From Oopsacas minuta (taxonomy: Eukaryota > Animalia > Porifera): a DNA stretch of 64,000 bases. Both the position numbers and the translations under genes were made by a program. Shown here piece by piece: positions 23,017 to 33,873 of this stretch. The stretch lies in the NCBI GenBank assembly GCA_024704765.1, contig JAKMXF010000288.1:248001-312000 (forward strand). The letters are read 5' to 3'. How positions within the stretch are numbered: position 1 is the stretch's first letter; each line of letters opens with the position of its first letter. The notes under the pieces were generated by a model. The model saw only the letters and a program-made list of their open reading frames with translations, searched no databases and was not told where the DNA came from.

Positions 23017-24690
23017 ATGCTCCAAACAAACAAATTAGCTCAATTTTACCAAATAATAATATTCAGAAGACTATTATCCATCGCAAAAATAAACCAAGAG
23101 ATAAAGAAAAGTTCTAAACTAAATTTAATCGAAACACATAAGCTACTACGGCCTCCTATAGTATCAGTTATGGGTCACGTGGATCATGGAAAAACAACTC
23201 TCTTAGATTCCCTAAGAAATACAAATGTAGCTGAGAATGAACCTGGATTAATTACGCAACACGTCTCTTCGTTTGTTGTAAATTTCGAAGGCCGTGACGT
23301 AACCTTTATTGACACACCAGGACACGCGGCTTTCGCAGGGATTCGAGGGAGAGGCGCTAAAATTAATGACATCACCATTCTTGTTGTGGACACAAATGAA
23401 GGTATAAAACCTCAAACTCAAGAAGTAATCGATTTGATCTTGAAATATGAAATTCCAACTATTGTAGCGCTAAATAAAATCGATAGGAAAACATCAAAAT
23501 TGGAAGCTACGGAGGAGGAATTGGTGGATGCAGGAATTGAACTGGAAAACTACGGCGGTAGTGTTATGTCCGTTCCTATATCAGGACTGAAACGCTTGAA
23601 TTTAGATAAGCTTGTTCGTTGCATTCTCAAATTGGCCGACCGATTGGAGCTGCATTCGTTGGAGGATTTTCAGTTGAAAGGCAGGATTTTAGAAGTCAAT
23701 ACACAATTCAGTCGAGGGACTGTCGCGACTGTTCTTGTCGAGAGAGGGTTGTTAAAACTCGGTAGCATACTGCAATCGGATCTAACTTGGTGTAAGGTAA
23801 AGCAATTCCAGGCTACAGAGGGTTTTGATCATTCCTTGTTTGTAAACGGAGGAAAACCTGGGTACCCCTTCAGAGTAATCGGGTGGAAGAGCCCCCCAAC
23901 ACCCGGGGCGATTTTCAAAGAGATATCATCCGAAAAGATGGCTAAACTTTCAATTAAACAACTCCAAACATTGGAAAAAACAGAAAAATCATTGAATGTA
24001 AAAGATTCAAGCGAGAAAGAGAAAATTACGCGAAAATTCGCCGACGATTCTAAAACACTATATTTAGTCGTGAAGGCGGATACCGCGGGGTCGCTCGAAG
24101 CTCTCCTGAACCTCTTAACAAGTGGGAAACTCGAGGAAGTTAAAATAGAAATAGTCCGTTCAGAAGTTGGTGCGATACTCCAATCAGATTTGATATACGC
24201 AGACAGCATACGAGCTCATGTAATTGGGTTTAATGTCAAGCTCGATGAAGACTTGAAGGTGTTACAGAAAAACTTAAAAATTCCCGTATTCGTTCATAAT
24301 ATAGTTTATGGAATTGTTGATTATGTAAAGAATGAGCTTGAGGATTTACTGGAACCTGTTTACGAGGAAAGAATTGTCGGTGAAGCGAATATTTTGAAAC
24401 TATTCAAAATTCCGAATAATCTACAAGCTTCTGGAGGTATTGTCATATCGGGCCGAATCGAGAGATCAGGGAAATTCCGAGTTTTTCGTAGAAATGATTT
24501 GATTTTCGAAGGGAAAGTGAAAGTCTTACAGCACAAAAAAACAGTGATTCAGAAAATTGAGAAAGGAAATGAGTTTGGAGTATCTTTTACAGATTTTAAT
24601 AACTGTTTGGAAGATGACAGAATATTTTGTTACCAAAACTTTCCTGTCAGAAAAAGTTTGGTTTGGGACATAGCTGGAGAATCAAATTGA
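23017..24690 (+). CDS. MTIF2: Mitochondrial translation initiation factor 2, paralogue A (no IF2_N region; near-complete domain IV)
   Basis: GHVDHGKT, DTPGH and NKID G-motifs; VKADTAGSLEAL; domain IV. Presequence-like N-terminus from ATG 23017. Confidence 0.88.
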   Translation: MLQTNKLAQFYQIIIFRRLLSIAKINQEIKKSSKLNLIETHKLLRPPIVSVMGHVDHGKTTLLDSLRNTNVAENEPGLITQHVSSFVVNFEGRDVTFIDTPGHAAFAGIRGRGAKINDITILVVDTNEGIKPQTQEVIDLILKYEIPTIVALNKIDRKTSKLEATEEELVDAGIELENYGGSVMSVPISGLKRLNLDKLVRCILKLADRLELHSLEDFQLKGRILEVNTQFSRGTVATVLVERGLLKLGSILQSDLTWCKVKQFQATEGFDHSLFVNGGKPGYPFRVIGWKSPPTPGAIFKEISSEKMAKLSIKQLQTLEKTEKSLNVKDSSEKEKITRKFADDSKTLYLVVKADTAGSLEALLNLLTSGKLEEVKIEIVRSEVGAILQSDLIYADSIRAHVIGFNVKLDEDLKVLQKNLKIPVFVHNIVYGIVDYVKNELEDLLEPVYEERIVGEANILKLFKIPNNLQASGGIVISGRIERSGKFRVFRRNDLIFEGKVKVLQHKKTVIQKIEKGNEFGVSFTDFNNCLEDDRIFCYQNFPVRKSLVWDIAGESN

Positions 24691-24983
24691 AAATATTCAC
24701 TTGTACTAATTGCGGAATAAAATTTAAGTTTCAATATTATTTTTGCTTTTTTTTATTGATTGCAATCTTTGGGATTTTCTGACTACATCATTGCGAATTG
24801 TTTCGCGCGCTTATAAATATTTTAGCCCGCCTAAAAGTGTTACTATTAATTGGAATATTTGCGCGCCACTAGGTAACACCATGGCCAACATACAGTAATG
24901 GAGATGGAGTCCGTCGTTTTACATATATAAAATTCTGGAGTTATAATTCCGAATTTGAAAATATCGTTTTTGAATCTTTGAAA

Positions 24984-25102
24984 CAGGGGCGGACTGGCAA
25001 CATATTGGCTCTCTGGCGAAAAGAGAATTTGGGCTCTCTAAAGTCAGCAAGGCCGTGGCCTTCTGTCCGCGTCCGATTGCCCGTACGGCCAGCCCGCACC
25101 TG
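24984..25102. mobile_element. Small hAT-like MITE between the two MTIF2 paralogues
   Basis: TIR CAGGGGCGGACTGGC / GCCAGCCCGCACCTG; imperfect 8-bp TSD ctttgaaa/ctttaaat. Confidence 0.55.
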
Positions 25103-25178
25103 CTTTAAATTGTTTGTTATTTATTTTACATATTTCATATACTTCTCTCTATAATTCTAACCCCCCAAAACAGATTTT

Positions 25179-26996
25179 ATGTATAGAAAAGCATTACAAA
25201 TAATTCCACAGAAAATCTCGAATATAGTCCAATACAATTCAATGCACAGTCATGTCATTAACGAACCAACTGACCTATATAGCCAGCCTTACGTCAGAGT
25301 ATTACATTTAGCTGAAAAGCTACAAGTATCGCCTAAGAAGGTGTTAAGTATCCTCATAAATACCGAAATCCGTGAATACAACTTAGCTACAAAAATATTC
25401 CATTCTGAGATCAAATTGGTCACAGATGAGTTAGGAATTGGCCAATCAATTCCTTCCGTTTTGATTACAAGACGGCCTCCTATAGTATCAGTTATGGGTC
25501 ACGTGGATCATGGAAAAACAACTCTCTTAGATTCCCTAAGAAATACAAATGTAGCTGAGAATGAACCTGGATTAATTACACAACACGTCTCTTCGTTTGT
25601 TGTAAAATTCGAAGGTCGTGACGTAACCTTTATTGACACACCAGGACACGCGGCTTTCGCAGGGATTCGAGGGAGAGGCGCTAAAATTAATGACATTACC
25701 ATTCTTGTTGTGGACTGTTGCGAGGGTGTACAGCCGCAGACGAAAGAAGTGATTCGCTTAATTAAAGAATTCAGAATTCCGAGTGTTGTAGCTTTGAATA
25801 AAATCGACAAGGACGAAGCGAATATCGAAAAAACTGAGCAAGAACTTCAAGAAAATGGTTTGGAATTAATGAACATTCCTTCCGTACAAATCTCAGCACT
25901 GAGAGGTGATAATTTGGATATATTAATGAGATTAGTAGTGACAGAATCGGATGGGGTGAATTTAGATACCGATTTGGGTGGAAATCCGTTTGGATTTATT
26001 CTTGAAACTAGTAAGGCTAGGTATTTAGGGGGACTAGCTACTATCTTACCTCTGAGGGGTATCGCGAGGCTCGGCACAATTATTTCTTCTGGGCGGACTT
26101 TATGTCGAATCAAGGCTATACTTCTACCGTCTGGAGAGAAGGTGAAGGAGATAGGACCTGGGTATCCGTGTACGATCGCTGGTTGGAGGCAGGGCCTCCC
26201 TAATCCGGGATTAAAGTTCATTAGCGCGGAGAAACTTGTGGATGCAAAAAGAATGGCAAAAGTACCGGCAAATTTATGGGTGTTAGAAAAGAACAAACGG
26301 AAACGACAGATATTAAAAAAACTGTTTTTAGCCGAAAAATCGCGATCAGCTGTTCAAGAGTCTGTTGAAATTAGAGGCAACAAAAATACGTTATGTGTAC
26401 TTCTAAAATCGGACACGGAAGGCTCGAAAGAAGCACTTGAGACCATTTTAACATCAACTTCACCAGAATATCTCAAAATACAAGTTTTCACTTCCACCAT
26501 TGGGGACATAAATCTAACAGATGTGCGACACGCGAAGGCACTCAAAGCACACATTCTTGGGTTCAATGTTGGTATCCATAGAGACGCGGTATCTTTGTTA
26601 ACATCCAGTGCTGTACCATATTTCACACATAATGTTGTTTATCAAATAATCAATTACGTCAGTGAACAGTTGGACAAAATGCTGCCCCCTGACTATGTTG
26701 AGGAGCGAATCGGAATGGCTGATATAATTTCCTTCCCTTCCGGCCTGGATTTAAGGGTTCCTCTCGAGTGTGAGGTCACTGAAGGCAATTTTGATGAAAA
26801 TTATAGTTTTCGAGTAATTTCCAAAAGTGGAGAAATAAAGTACGATGGAAGATCGCAAGATTTCGAGCTTAAAAACGGAAGAAATTTCAATGTACGGTTC
26901 CCCTTTTTAGCAGATTATGAGGCGACAGATAAAATTGAATGTTATGACCTTGTGTTACGCAAACGCAAACTATTCTGGCAAGTTAATACAGAGTAA
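25179..26996 (+). CDS. MTIF2: Mitochondrial translation initiation factor 2, paralogue B (IF2_N-like region present; shortened domain IV)
   Basis: GHVDHGKT, DTPGH, NKID; LKSDTEGSKEAL; N-terminal VLHLAEKLQVSPKKVLSIL resembles IF2_N. Confidence 0.85.
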   Translation: MYRKALQIIPQKISNIVQYNSMHSHVINEPTDLYSQPYVRVLHLAEKLQVSPKKVLSILINTEIREYNLATKIFHSEIKLVTDELGIGQSIPSVLITRRPPIVSVMGHVDHGKTTLLDSLRNTNVAENEPGLITQHVSSFVVKFEGRDVTFIDTPGHAAFAGIRGRGAKINDITILVVDCCEGVQPQTKEVIRLIKEFRIPSVVALNKIDKDEANIEKTEQELQENGLELMNIPSVQISALRGDNLDILMRLVVTESDGVNLDTDLGGNPFGFILETSKARYLGGLATILPLRGIARLGTIISSGRTLCRIKAILLPSGEKVKEIGPGYPCTIAGWRQGLPNPGLKFISAEKLVDAKRMAKVPANLWVLEKNKRKRQILKKLFLAEKSRSAVQESVEIRGNKNTLCVLLKSDTEGSKEALETILTSTSPEYLKIQVFTSTIGDINLTDVRHAKALKAHILGFNVGIHRDAVSLLTSSAVPYFTHNVVYQIINYVSEQLDKMLPPDYVEERIGMADIISFPSGLDLRVPLECEVTEGNFDENYSFRVISKSGEIKYDGRSQDFELKNGRNFNVRFPFLADYEATDKIECYDLVLRKRKLFWQVNTE

Positions 26997-27749
26997 AATG
27001 TGATAGTAGAAATTTCTTTAGAACACAATTGTGTATCACTTATATTTTAACAGTGCTTTAGAATTTGAATTCTGACTTTATGCAAATTAAGGAACAGTCA
27101 ATGCCGGTTATAAGAACATCGTCGGCAACTGGACATAATGTTCTTATATCCAGTAAAAATTCAATGGAGTAAGATGCAAAAGATTCAGTAAATCGAGCTT
27201 TGGTTTTTATTACCGGTGTTCTTATATCCGGCATCTACTGTATTTGGTATATTAGCAGCTTTTCGTGGACATAGAATGAATTTTGTATGGCAAAAGGTTC
27301 GCATAATAGCAAATTCGCGTATTCACAAGGAAATTCACCCAAAATACGATTAGCTATTAGACGAACTCCACTGTTCCATCTTCTTTCAACCTCCCATAGA
27401 CTGCAAATCTGGAATATAGTTTTTGAGATCCTGTGGACCCCCTGCTGTTGTCCATGGGGACCAGGATAGAAACCGTTGTACTACAGTATAGTCGACAGAA
27501 ACTCGGATAAGACGTACGAATTTCAACGGTTTTACAATCCATAAACTCCTCTAAAATGAATAATATATGAAAAACTTTTAATATCCCAAAAGTAAACACA
27601 TATATACATACACAATGATAAACAATCCCGTTAGTATAGTAAATATAGTTACAAACAAGACTAAATGAATTATTGTAATATTATATTAGGAGAGGAGAAT
27701 ACTCCGTATGTAATGTTTATACACAAAACATGAACACAGGGCCCGTTAT

Positions 27750-30700
27750 TTAGGCGAGTCGTCTTTGACAGGTTGCGCAACATATGCTGCTCACGTAGTA
27801 CGGATACGGTCTACAATCCCCGGCAAGACTGATGAAAATATCGCAATCTTCTTGGGGCAAACGATCGATACAATTATTGCATGGACTCACAATACATTGA
27901 ACATTATTCTCCGGCCTGAAGACTGGATTGCATTCCGCGTCGCTAACGACGTTATCAGTTATTGAGGATACACATTCCACACGTCTGGATCTGAATGAAT
28001 TACCGCAGGTGGCAGAACATCGTGAGAATTGATAGGATTTCCACTCGAACGGACGATTACACCTGACGCCAATAAGACCGCATCTTTCCATGACCGGTGG
28101 TTTTGGTGTTCTGTCGCACTGTTCGTCCTCTTGAGTTAATCCATTGCACTCACATAATACATCTCTAGATCTTCTACCCCTGTGGCATGTGGTGTCCGAG
28201 CAACCACTCCAAGGCCCGACAATCCAATCACAAACGGCGCATGGTGGTCTAGCTAGTCCTAACCTGTCGCATACAGCATTAGCGACTGTAGTACGTACTC
28301 CGCCGTTTACAATCTCGAAGCATTGAATACGTCCCACATCTTCATTACAGATATATTCGTAACTGTATAGCGATACGTCAGTTGATTCGGATTCTGTTTC
28401 TCCACATGTACTTACTACCATGCAAGTATACCTTCCTGTTTCATCTACTGTTATATCAGATACGCGAAGTACGCTCGTGCCTTCACTCTGCCTTGTGATT
28501 TCGTATAGCCCTCCGTCAGTTATAGGTATTCCATTGAACGTCCAACCGAATGAGAACGCTGGAATATTCGTTCTTTCAACTGTGCATGTTATATCGAATG
28601 AATTCCTATTGTATAAGCAAAGCTCCGAACCGATCTGTGCCGACGTCATGGCGTTACCTTCGTCGCAAGTAGAAGTCCCTCCCATAATGAAAGGGGGAGG
28701 AAATGTAACTTGAGAGCTCGGTTGGTTGCTGAATCCGAATAAATTTTCAGTTCGGGCAGTTATAGTTGTACTGCAAACAATCTCAAATTCACCTTCCTCA
28801 AAGATAAAGCAGTGATCGTTGGGTGGTGGTTGTTGCACAGATTGCAACACAACAATATCTTCTGCGAACTGAAAGTCATCTGGGTCAGCTGGTGGATAAC
28901 CCCCGATTATACAAGCTGTGATTCTCAATCTCCTGTTTGAAGGAATTACGAAATTATTCCCAATTTCTCCTTCCCCATCCGTCTCTACCCCACTTGAGAA
29001 CCTAATAATTGGTGGACCTCCTACTACAGTTGTAACAGGTGTACTCTCACCAAATTGGTTAGTAGCAATCACCCTGTATTCACCGTATTGAGATCTATCA
29101 ATACTGTTTATGATTAAAGACCCGACATTTCCATCAACACTTTCCGTAATTCGGTTTGCTGGTAGGGGAAGGAAGGGACCATCTGGATCGTTCCTGTATG
29201 TCCAGACGAACTGTCTTCCTGGCTGTCCGTCAACATCAGTAGCTGTCAAAGTAACAGACCCACTCTCTGCAACGCCGATCTGCGCTCCAACCGGTACAGT
29301 CCTACTCGATCCGGCTGAGATCGTGATTAAATTGAAGCGATCTATTACTCTAGGCGGCTGACCAACTTGAGAAATAGCTGCGTCAGTCCCTGCACTGTTC
29401 ATAGCTTCAGCTCTATATGTACCATACGTATCTGCACCTACTTGGAACGTTAATGTACTGTCAGATAAACCGCTTGGATTTTGTACTGTTGAGATGGTAT
29501 ATGCTGGATTGTTTGTTATGTCCTGACATTGAGTTTCATCTGGTGCTATTCTACACCAACGGAAATCGCTTGCCTCGACACCCGTGATATCATTAGCTCG
29601 AATTGTAACAGTTTCTCCTGACGAGGCTTGAAATGATTCTCCGATCCTTCCGGTACCGCCTGTGTTAACTGTATCACTGGAACCCGCGTCAATAGTCGGT
29701 GCTACTGTGTCCATTGTTTGGCTTACAGTGGAACTTCTTGTCACTTGTCCAAATACATTGCTAGATGAAGCAGTGTATTGACCGTAGTCTGTACCATCTC
29801 TTGCTGAGTTTATCACTAAAATACTAGAACCCAGACCTTGTCCAATCGTATAGCCAGGTGTAGTGGGGGTTATTATTTGACCGTTTGGACCTCTCCATAT
29901 GATCTCTCCGACTGGAAATCCGTCACTAAACTGAGCAGAGATAGACAAACTATCTCCAGCTCTCAGCTGATAATTCTGACCTATCTGTCCTGATCCTGTG
30001 CGAAACACCAGCTGTGCGCCTACTAAATTGGAGCACTCAGAATCTCCAAACTGATTAGCTAACTGAGCGTAATAATATCCATATGCTCCATCAACTAGGT
30101 TGAAGAACTCAATTGTTCCTGGTGCACCAATAGGTGTTGCTGTGATAGCATACGCAGTATCTACAGCTGATCTACTTCCGGTTGGAGTTCTGGAGTAACT
30201 GAATGAACTCGTGCCATGAGGGACACCAGATTGATCAGATGCAATTATTGTGAAACGATTCACATTTGTTGTTGTATCGAAATATGAACCACTTTCATAT
30301 TGTCCCTGATTGATAACTCGTACAATGTCAGATCCACTGCTACAAGTACTGCCTGTACCCACTAAGGATTCTCCTACAACATCCCCGAATACATTAGAAG
30401 CTTCCACAGTGTATGTTCCCAGCTCGTTAACTGTTACTCCCGTTATAGTGAGGGTGGAAACAGGTCTACCTCCTGATACAGAGTTTGTTATACGGTATCT
30501 ACCACCAGTGGTAATTTGCTGTACAGTGCCTGTTGGTGAAGTTCGTTGCCATGTATATGTACTATCTGGGAATCCATTAATATCGAATGCACGAATAGTT
30601 ATTGTACCGGAAGCGCTGTCGAATGTATTTCCTATTTCTCCACTTCCCCCTGCAACTAGCCCTGCCCCCAGAGCTAACGTAGGTTGTCTTCCTATCAGAG

Positions 30701-31877
30701 ATGTCGTGGATGTATGAGTACCGAATTCATTAACTGCCTCTGCTCTGTAATACCCGAATTGATCAGGCTGTACGTTTATGATTCTTAGCAACGAATCCCT
30801 GCCCACGTTATCCGCCCCAACGCTAGAATCTATTCTGTAGCTTCCCCCGGAACTAATAGCTGAGTATGGACCTGATTCTGATCGGGAGTAGGACCAGGTG
30901 ATCGTTGAGCTAGGATCGGACAGCCGATCTTCTGCACGTATCTCTATTTCTTCTCCTCCAGCCACTGCCCTGTCTGCTCCAACACGAAATGAATTAGAAC
31001 TCGCCTGACCTGATTCTTCGATTATAAATGGACCTACTCCTCGAGTTATGAAGGCAGAAGCTCTGTCTGATCCGTGCTCATTCGTTGCTATTGCAATGTA
31101 TTCACCCAGATGAACAGTGGTAATACCAGAAACTGTCAAACTGCTATCTTCCTGACTACCAGTCACTGTAGCTCCTACTAATGAGCCTGGTAGAGATATC
31201 TCATTACTCGTACCTTGTGCTATGAAGCGCCACTCAATGTTACCACGTGGTTCGCCTTGAAAATCAGTTGCATCAATCCTTACAGTGTCAGCACCGTTTG
31301 TTTCTACTTGGAAGGTTGCACCAAGTCTCCCAGAGAACGAATTCGATCCCTCAACGTTCACTGCTGCATCTACTATAAGTTGAGGAGCAAGGCCCCCGAT
31401 AAATTCGATATTGGAAAACGCTTCATCATAATCTGACCCTACTGTTACGAGATATCTGTACATCCCGCTACAAGTGGAGTTACCCTGAGCTACACAGATT
31501 ATGTTGCCAGGAATTTTCTTTACAACTTGATCACATACTCTTGCATCTGTTGTTGGGCGTTCCAAATCGAAAATGTATGGCACATCAAGGAAGTCTCTTG
31601 GACCCGTTTGAAAAATAATTTCCAATGGGGTGGTCGAGCCAGGTGGAATGAAAAAGAATGTTTCTCCTGGTTCACCGAACTGGATTTCAAATTCATACTT
31701 CATGCATACTTCACTCCCTTCAGGTCCCCTCCAATTAGAACCGAAATTGAATTCGTAATATCTCACATCACTTTCATCAAAACTATCATTACCTTTGATA
31801 ATGTAGTCCCGTCTTACACTACCGGCGTTCCCACCCAGGACAAATAAGGCTGTTATAAATAGAACAAAACCTTTCAT
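27750..31877 (-). CDS. Secreted multi-Ig + TSP1 + PLAC extracellular matrix protein (ADAMTS-like/papilin-like C-terminus), intronless
   Basis: Signal peptide MKGFVLFITALFVLGG; about 9 Ig I-set repeats with GxYxxxAxNxxG; TSP1 repeats WIVGPWSGCS and SRCSATCG; terminal PLAC CIDR...C...CCATC. Confidence 0.85.
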   Translation of the reverse strand: MKGFVLFITALFVLGGNAGSVRRDYIIKGNDSFDESDVRYYEFNFGSNWRGPEGSEVCMKYEFEIQFGEPGETFFFIPPGSTTPLEIIFQTGPRDFLDVPYIFDLERPTTDARVCDQVVKKIPGNIICVAQGNSTCSGMYRYLVTVGSDYDEAFSNIEFIGGLAPQLIVDAAVNVEGSNSFSGRLGATFQVETNGADTVRIDATDFQGEPRGNIEWRFIAQGTSNEISLPGSLVGATVTGSQEDSSLTVSGITTVHLGEYIAIATNEHGSDRASAFITRGVGPFIIEESGQASSNSFRVGADRAVAGGEEIEIRAEDRLSDPSSTITWSYSRSESGPYSAISSGGSYRIDSSVGADNVGRDSLLRIINVQPDQFGYYRAEAVNEFGTHTSTTSLIGRQPTLALGAGLVAGGSGEIGNTFDSASGTITIRAFDINGFPDSTYTWQRTSPTGTVQQITTGGRYRITNSVSGGRPVSTLTITGVTVNELGTYTVEASNVFGDVVGESLVGTGSTCSSGSDIVRVINQGQYESGSYFDTTTNVNRFTIIASDQSGVPHGTSSFSYSRTPTGSRSAVDTAYAITATPIGAPGTIEFFNLVDGAYGYYYAQLANQFGDSECSNLVGAQLVFRTGSGQIGQNYQLRAGDSLSISAQFSDGFPVGEIIWRGPNGQIITPTTPGYTIGQGLGSSILVINSARDGTDYGQYTASSSNVFGQVTRSSTVSQTMDTVAPTIDAGSSDTVNTGGTGRIGESFQASSGETVTIRANDITGVEASDFRWCRIAPDETQCQDITNNPAYTISTVQNPSGLSDSTLTFQVGADTYGTYRAEAMNSAGTDAAISQVGQPPRVIDRFNLITISAGSSRTVPVGAQIGVAESGSVTLTATDVDGQPGRQFVWTYRNDPDGPFLPLPANRITESVDGNVGSLIINSIDRSQYGEYRVIATNQFGESTPVTTVVGGPPIIRFSSGVETDGEGEIGNNFVIPSNRRLRITACIIGGYPPADPDDFQFAEDIVVLQSVQQPPPNDHCFIFEEGEFEIVCSTTITARTENLFGFSNQPSSQVTFPPPFIMGGTSTCDEGNAMTSAQIGSELCLYNRNSFDITCTVERTNIPAFSFGWTFNGIPITDGGLYEITRQSEGTSVLRVSDITVDETGRYTCMVVSTCGETESESTDVSLYSYEYICNEDVGRIQCFEIVNGGVRTTVANAVCDRLGLARPPCAVCDWIVGPWSGCSDTTCHRGRRSRDVLCECNGLTQEDEQCDRTPKPPVMERCGLIGVRCNRPFEWKSYQFSRCSATCGNSFRSRRVECVSSITDNVVSDAECNPVFRPENNVQCIVSPCNNCIDRLPQEDCDIFISLAGDCRPYPYYVSSICCATCQRRLA

Positions 31878-32823
31878 TTTTCAAACCGAATTGAACAACA
31901 CACACAATTCGGCAAACTTAAACTAATACAACTTTGCTTGGAAATACAATACAGTATATATTGAGACAATCTTATGGTAATTCCAATGGAATAGTCATTC
32001 GTTAGTTTCAACTCTAGCCAATATATATATTTCTGTTGTTAATATATTTGGAGCTATGGCTGTAGTGGATTGCATTGCACTGTCTGTGGTGGATAATTAT
32101 TACAGCAGTTTACGTACTCGTAATTGCTCTAATATCAATGAACGTCTCTTGGCTATAGAATCTTTGTTTGTTGATTAATATTTTTGATAAAAATTTGGAC
32201 CTCAATAGTGCAAAAATGTAATTTTAATCACTGGAATATGTACTTTGATAAATAAGTATACAAATCGCATTGGGGGAGGGCCTACAGTTATTATTTGAAA
32301 CACTTTGGATTTGCTGAGGTTTTAGCGAGTGACTTATTGACCAAATGTCGTATTTTCCTAGGAATTAATACATAGGTTCAATCGTACAAAAATTCGGTAA
32401 TAATGTTAGTTTAAATTAATGATACGACCGTCAAGGGCACTCACAGGATCTCGGCTAGTTCAACTGAGCCCTCGTAATATGTGACTTTAACCGCAGAGCG
32501 TCCATCTCTCCCCTTACACAACAATTAACGACATATCTACAAATGTTTGTACAAGTAATCATAAAAGAAGGCATCGGTTATAAGAACAGCGGATATAAGC
32601 ACCCCTCTGGACAACGGTTCTTATATATTCCTGTATATTTTATGCATTAAAGGACTTGTATTGGTACTCCTAAGGGTGTTCTTATAACCGGCATCTACTG
32701 TATTTTCAAGCTATAGGGGCTAAAGGAGCGCTTCGTATAACGAGAGTTTCGCGAATAAACTTATTGACCGGAATAACCTGTGGCTCGATTATTCACAATT
32801 ACTGTATTTTTGTATTGATCTAG

Positions 32824-33873
32824 ATGGCTACACAAATTTGTCCATCAGAATCTCTCGGTTTGACAGAGATATTTAACACGACTTTACATCCTATCACAAT
32901 CGACACTACACTTCCCTACATCATCTTAATCTGCATAGCATTTACTTTTGTAACTGCAAACTGCATTCTTGCAGTGTTTAACTTCGTAACTCTCGTGTCC
33001 CGCATGAATGATTATGACCTTGAGCTCAAATACGCGATTTTCTGGAACCTTTCCCTTTTCACCTCGGTTTCTATCGTTTACCTACTAATGTTAATATTCT
33101 TACGCGCGGCTATTATCTGTCAGCTGTTAGCCGAAATGATGCTAGCATTCGCAGTGTACCAATTCCTGAATTTGTTAATGATTATGCATGGTGGGAAGGC
33201 CGCAATGATTCATAACATTACTGGTACAATCGTGACTTTGTTTCCGTTATGCTGGTGTTATTGGTGTAAGCGACGGAGAGTAGAAAGCAGAAATTTAATT
33301 GTCTATAACATTCTTATTGCCCAAATGGTTGTTGTGGTACCAGGTGTTGATTTCCTAGGGATTGTCATCTACACAGAGAATCCGTCATGGTACAATTACG
33401 AAGAACCTTTCAGTCCATACTCTGCCTATTTATACCTGAACCTCTTCCGCGTGATCTCGTTCATGGCTGGCAACTCAAGCCTAACACGCATGGTACAAGC
33501 TAACTGGTATTACCTAAAAGGCACGCGTCTACTCACGAAATATATTTTGTTGATACTTGTCTTAAATTCTGTATTTATTTTCAGACTTTTAATCTCATTT
33601 TTGGGGAAGATTTCTCTCATAAAATGCACAGCAACTTTCCCTCTTATAGATATTATGAACCAAATACACGCGTTTTCTACGATACTTATAATGCTAATCG
33701 CGGGTATAATAGCCAGGTTAGTGTATATTACATTTCCGGGAAGTCGCATGCTGGAAACACATCGTGTTGCTGTTCAGACCAAAGATATAATAGAAAAATC
33801 TGTAAATGTCCAATATCCTAAAGATGTGACGTCAGAAGAGGATCCATTTGTGACACCTTATGGGCCAAACTGA
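32824..33873 (+). CDS. Organic solute transporter alpha-like (SLC51A/TMEM184 family) 7-TM protein, intronless
   Basis: Seven hydrophobic segments. AFAVYQFLNLL, TLFPLCWCYWCK, ILIAQMVVV and IKCTATFP resemble OST-alpha. Confidence 0.7.
   Translation: MATQICPSESLGLTEIFNTTLHPITIDTTLPYIILICIAFTFVTANCILAVFNFVTLVSRMNDYDLELKYAIFWNLSLFTSVSIVYLLMLIFLRAAIICQLLAEMMLAFAVYQFLNLLMIMHGGKAAMIHNITGTIVTLFPLCWCYWCKRRRVESRNLIVYNILIAQMVVVVPGVDFLGIVIYTENPSWYNYEEPFSPYSAYLYLNLFRVISFMAGNSSLTRMVQANWYYLKGTRLLTKYILLILVLNSVFIFRLLISFLGKISLIKCTATFPLIDIMNQIHAFSTILIMLIAGIIARLVYITFPGSRMLETHRVAVQTKDIIEKSVNVQYPKDVTSEEDPFVTPYGPN

Noticed and set aside
27765-31847. Several plus-strand ORFs opposite the Ig/TSP1 gene, and similar shadows opposite other long CDSs
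   Set aside because: Antisense shadow ORFs expected from codon bias; no independent motifs.
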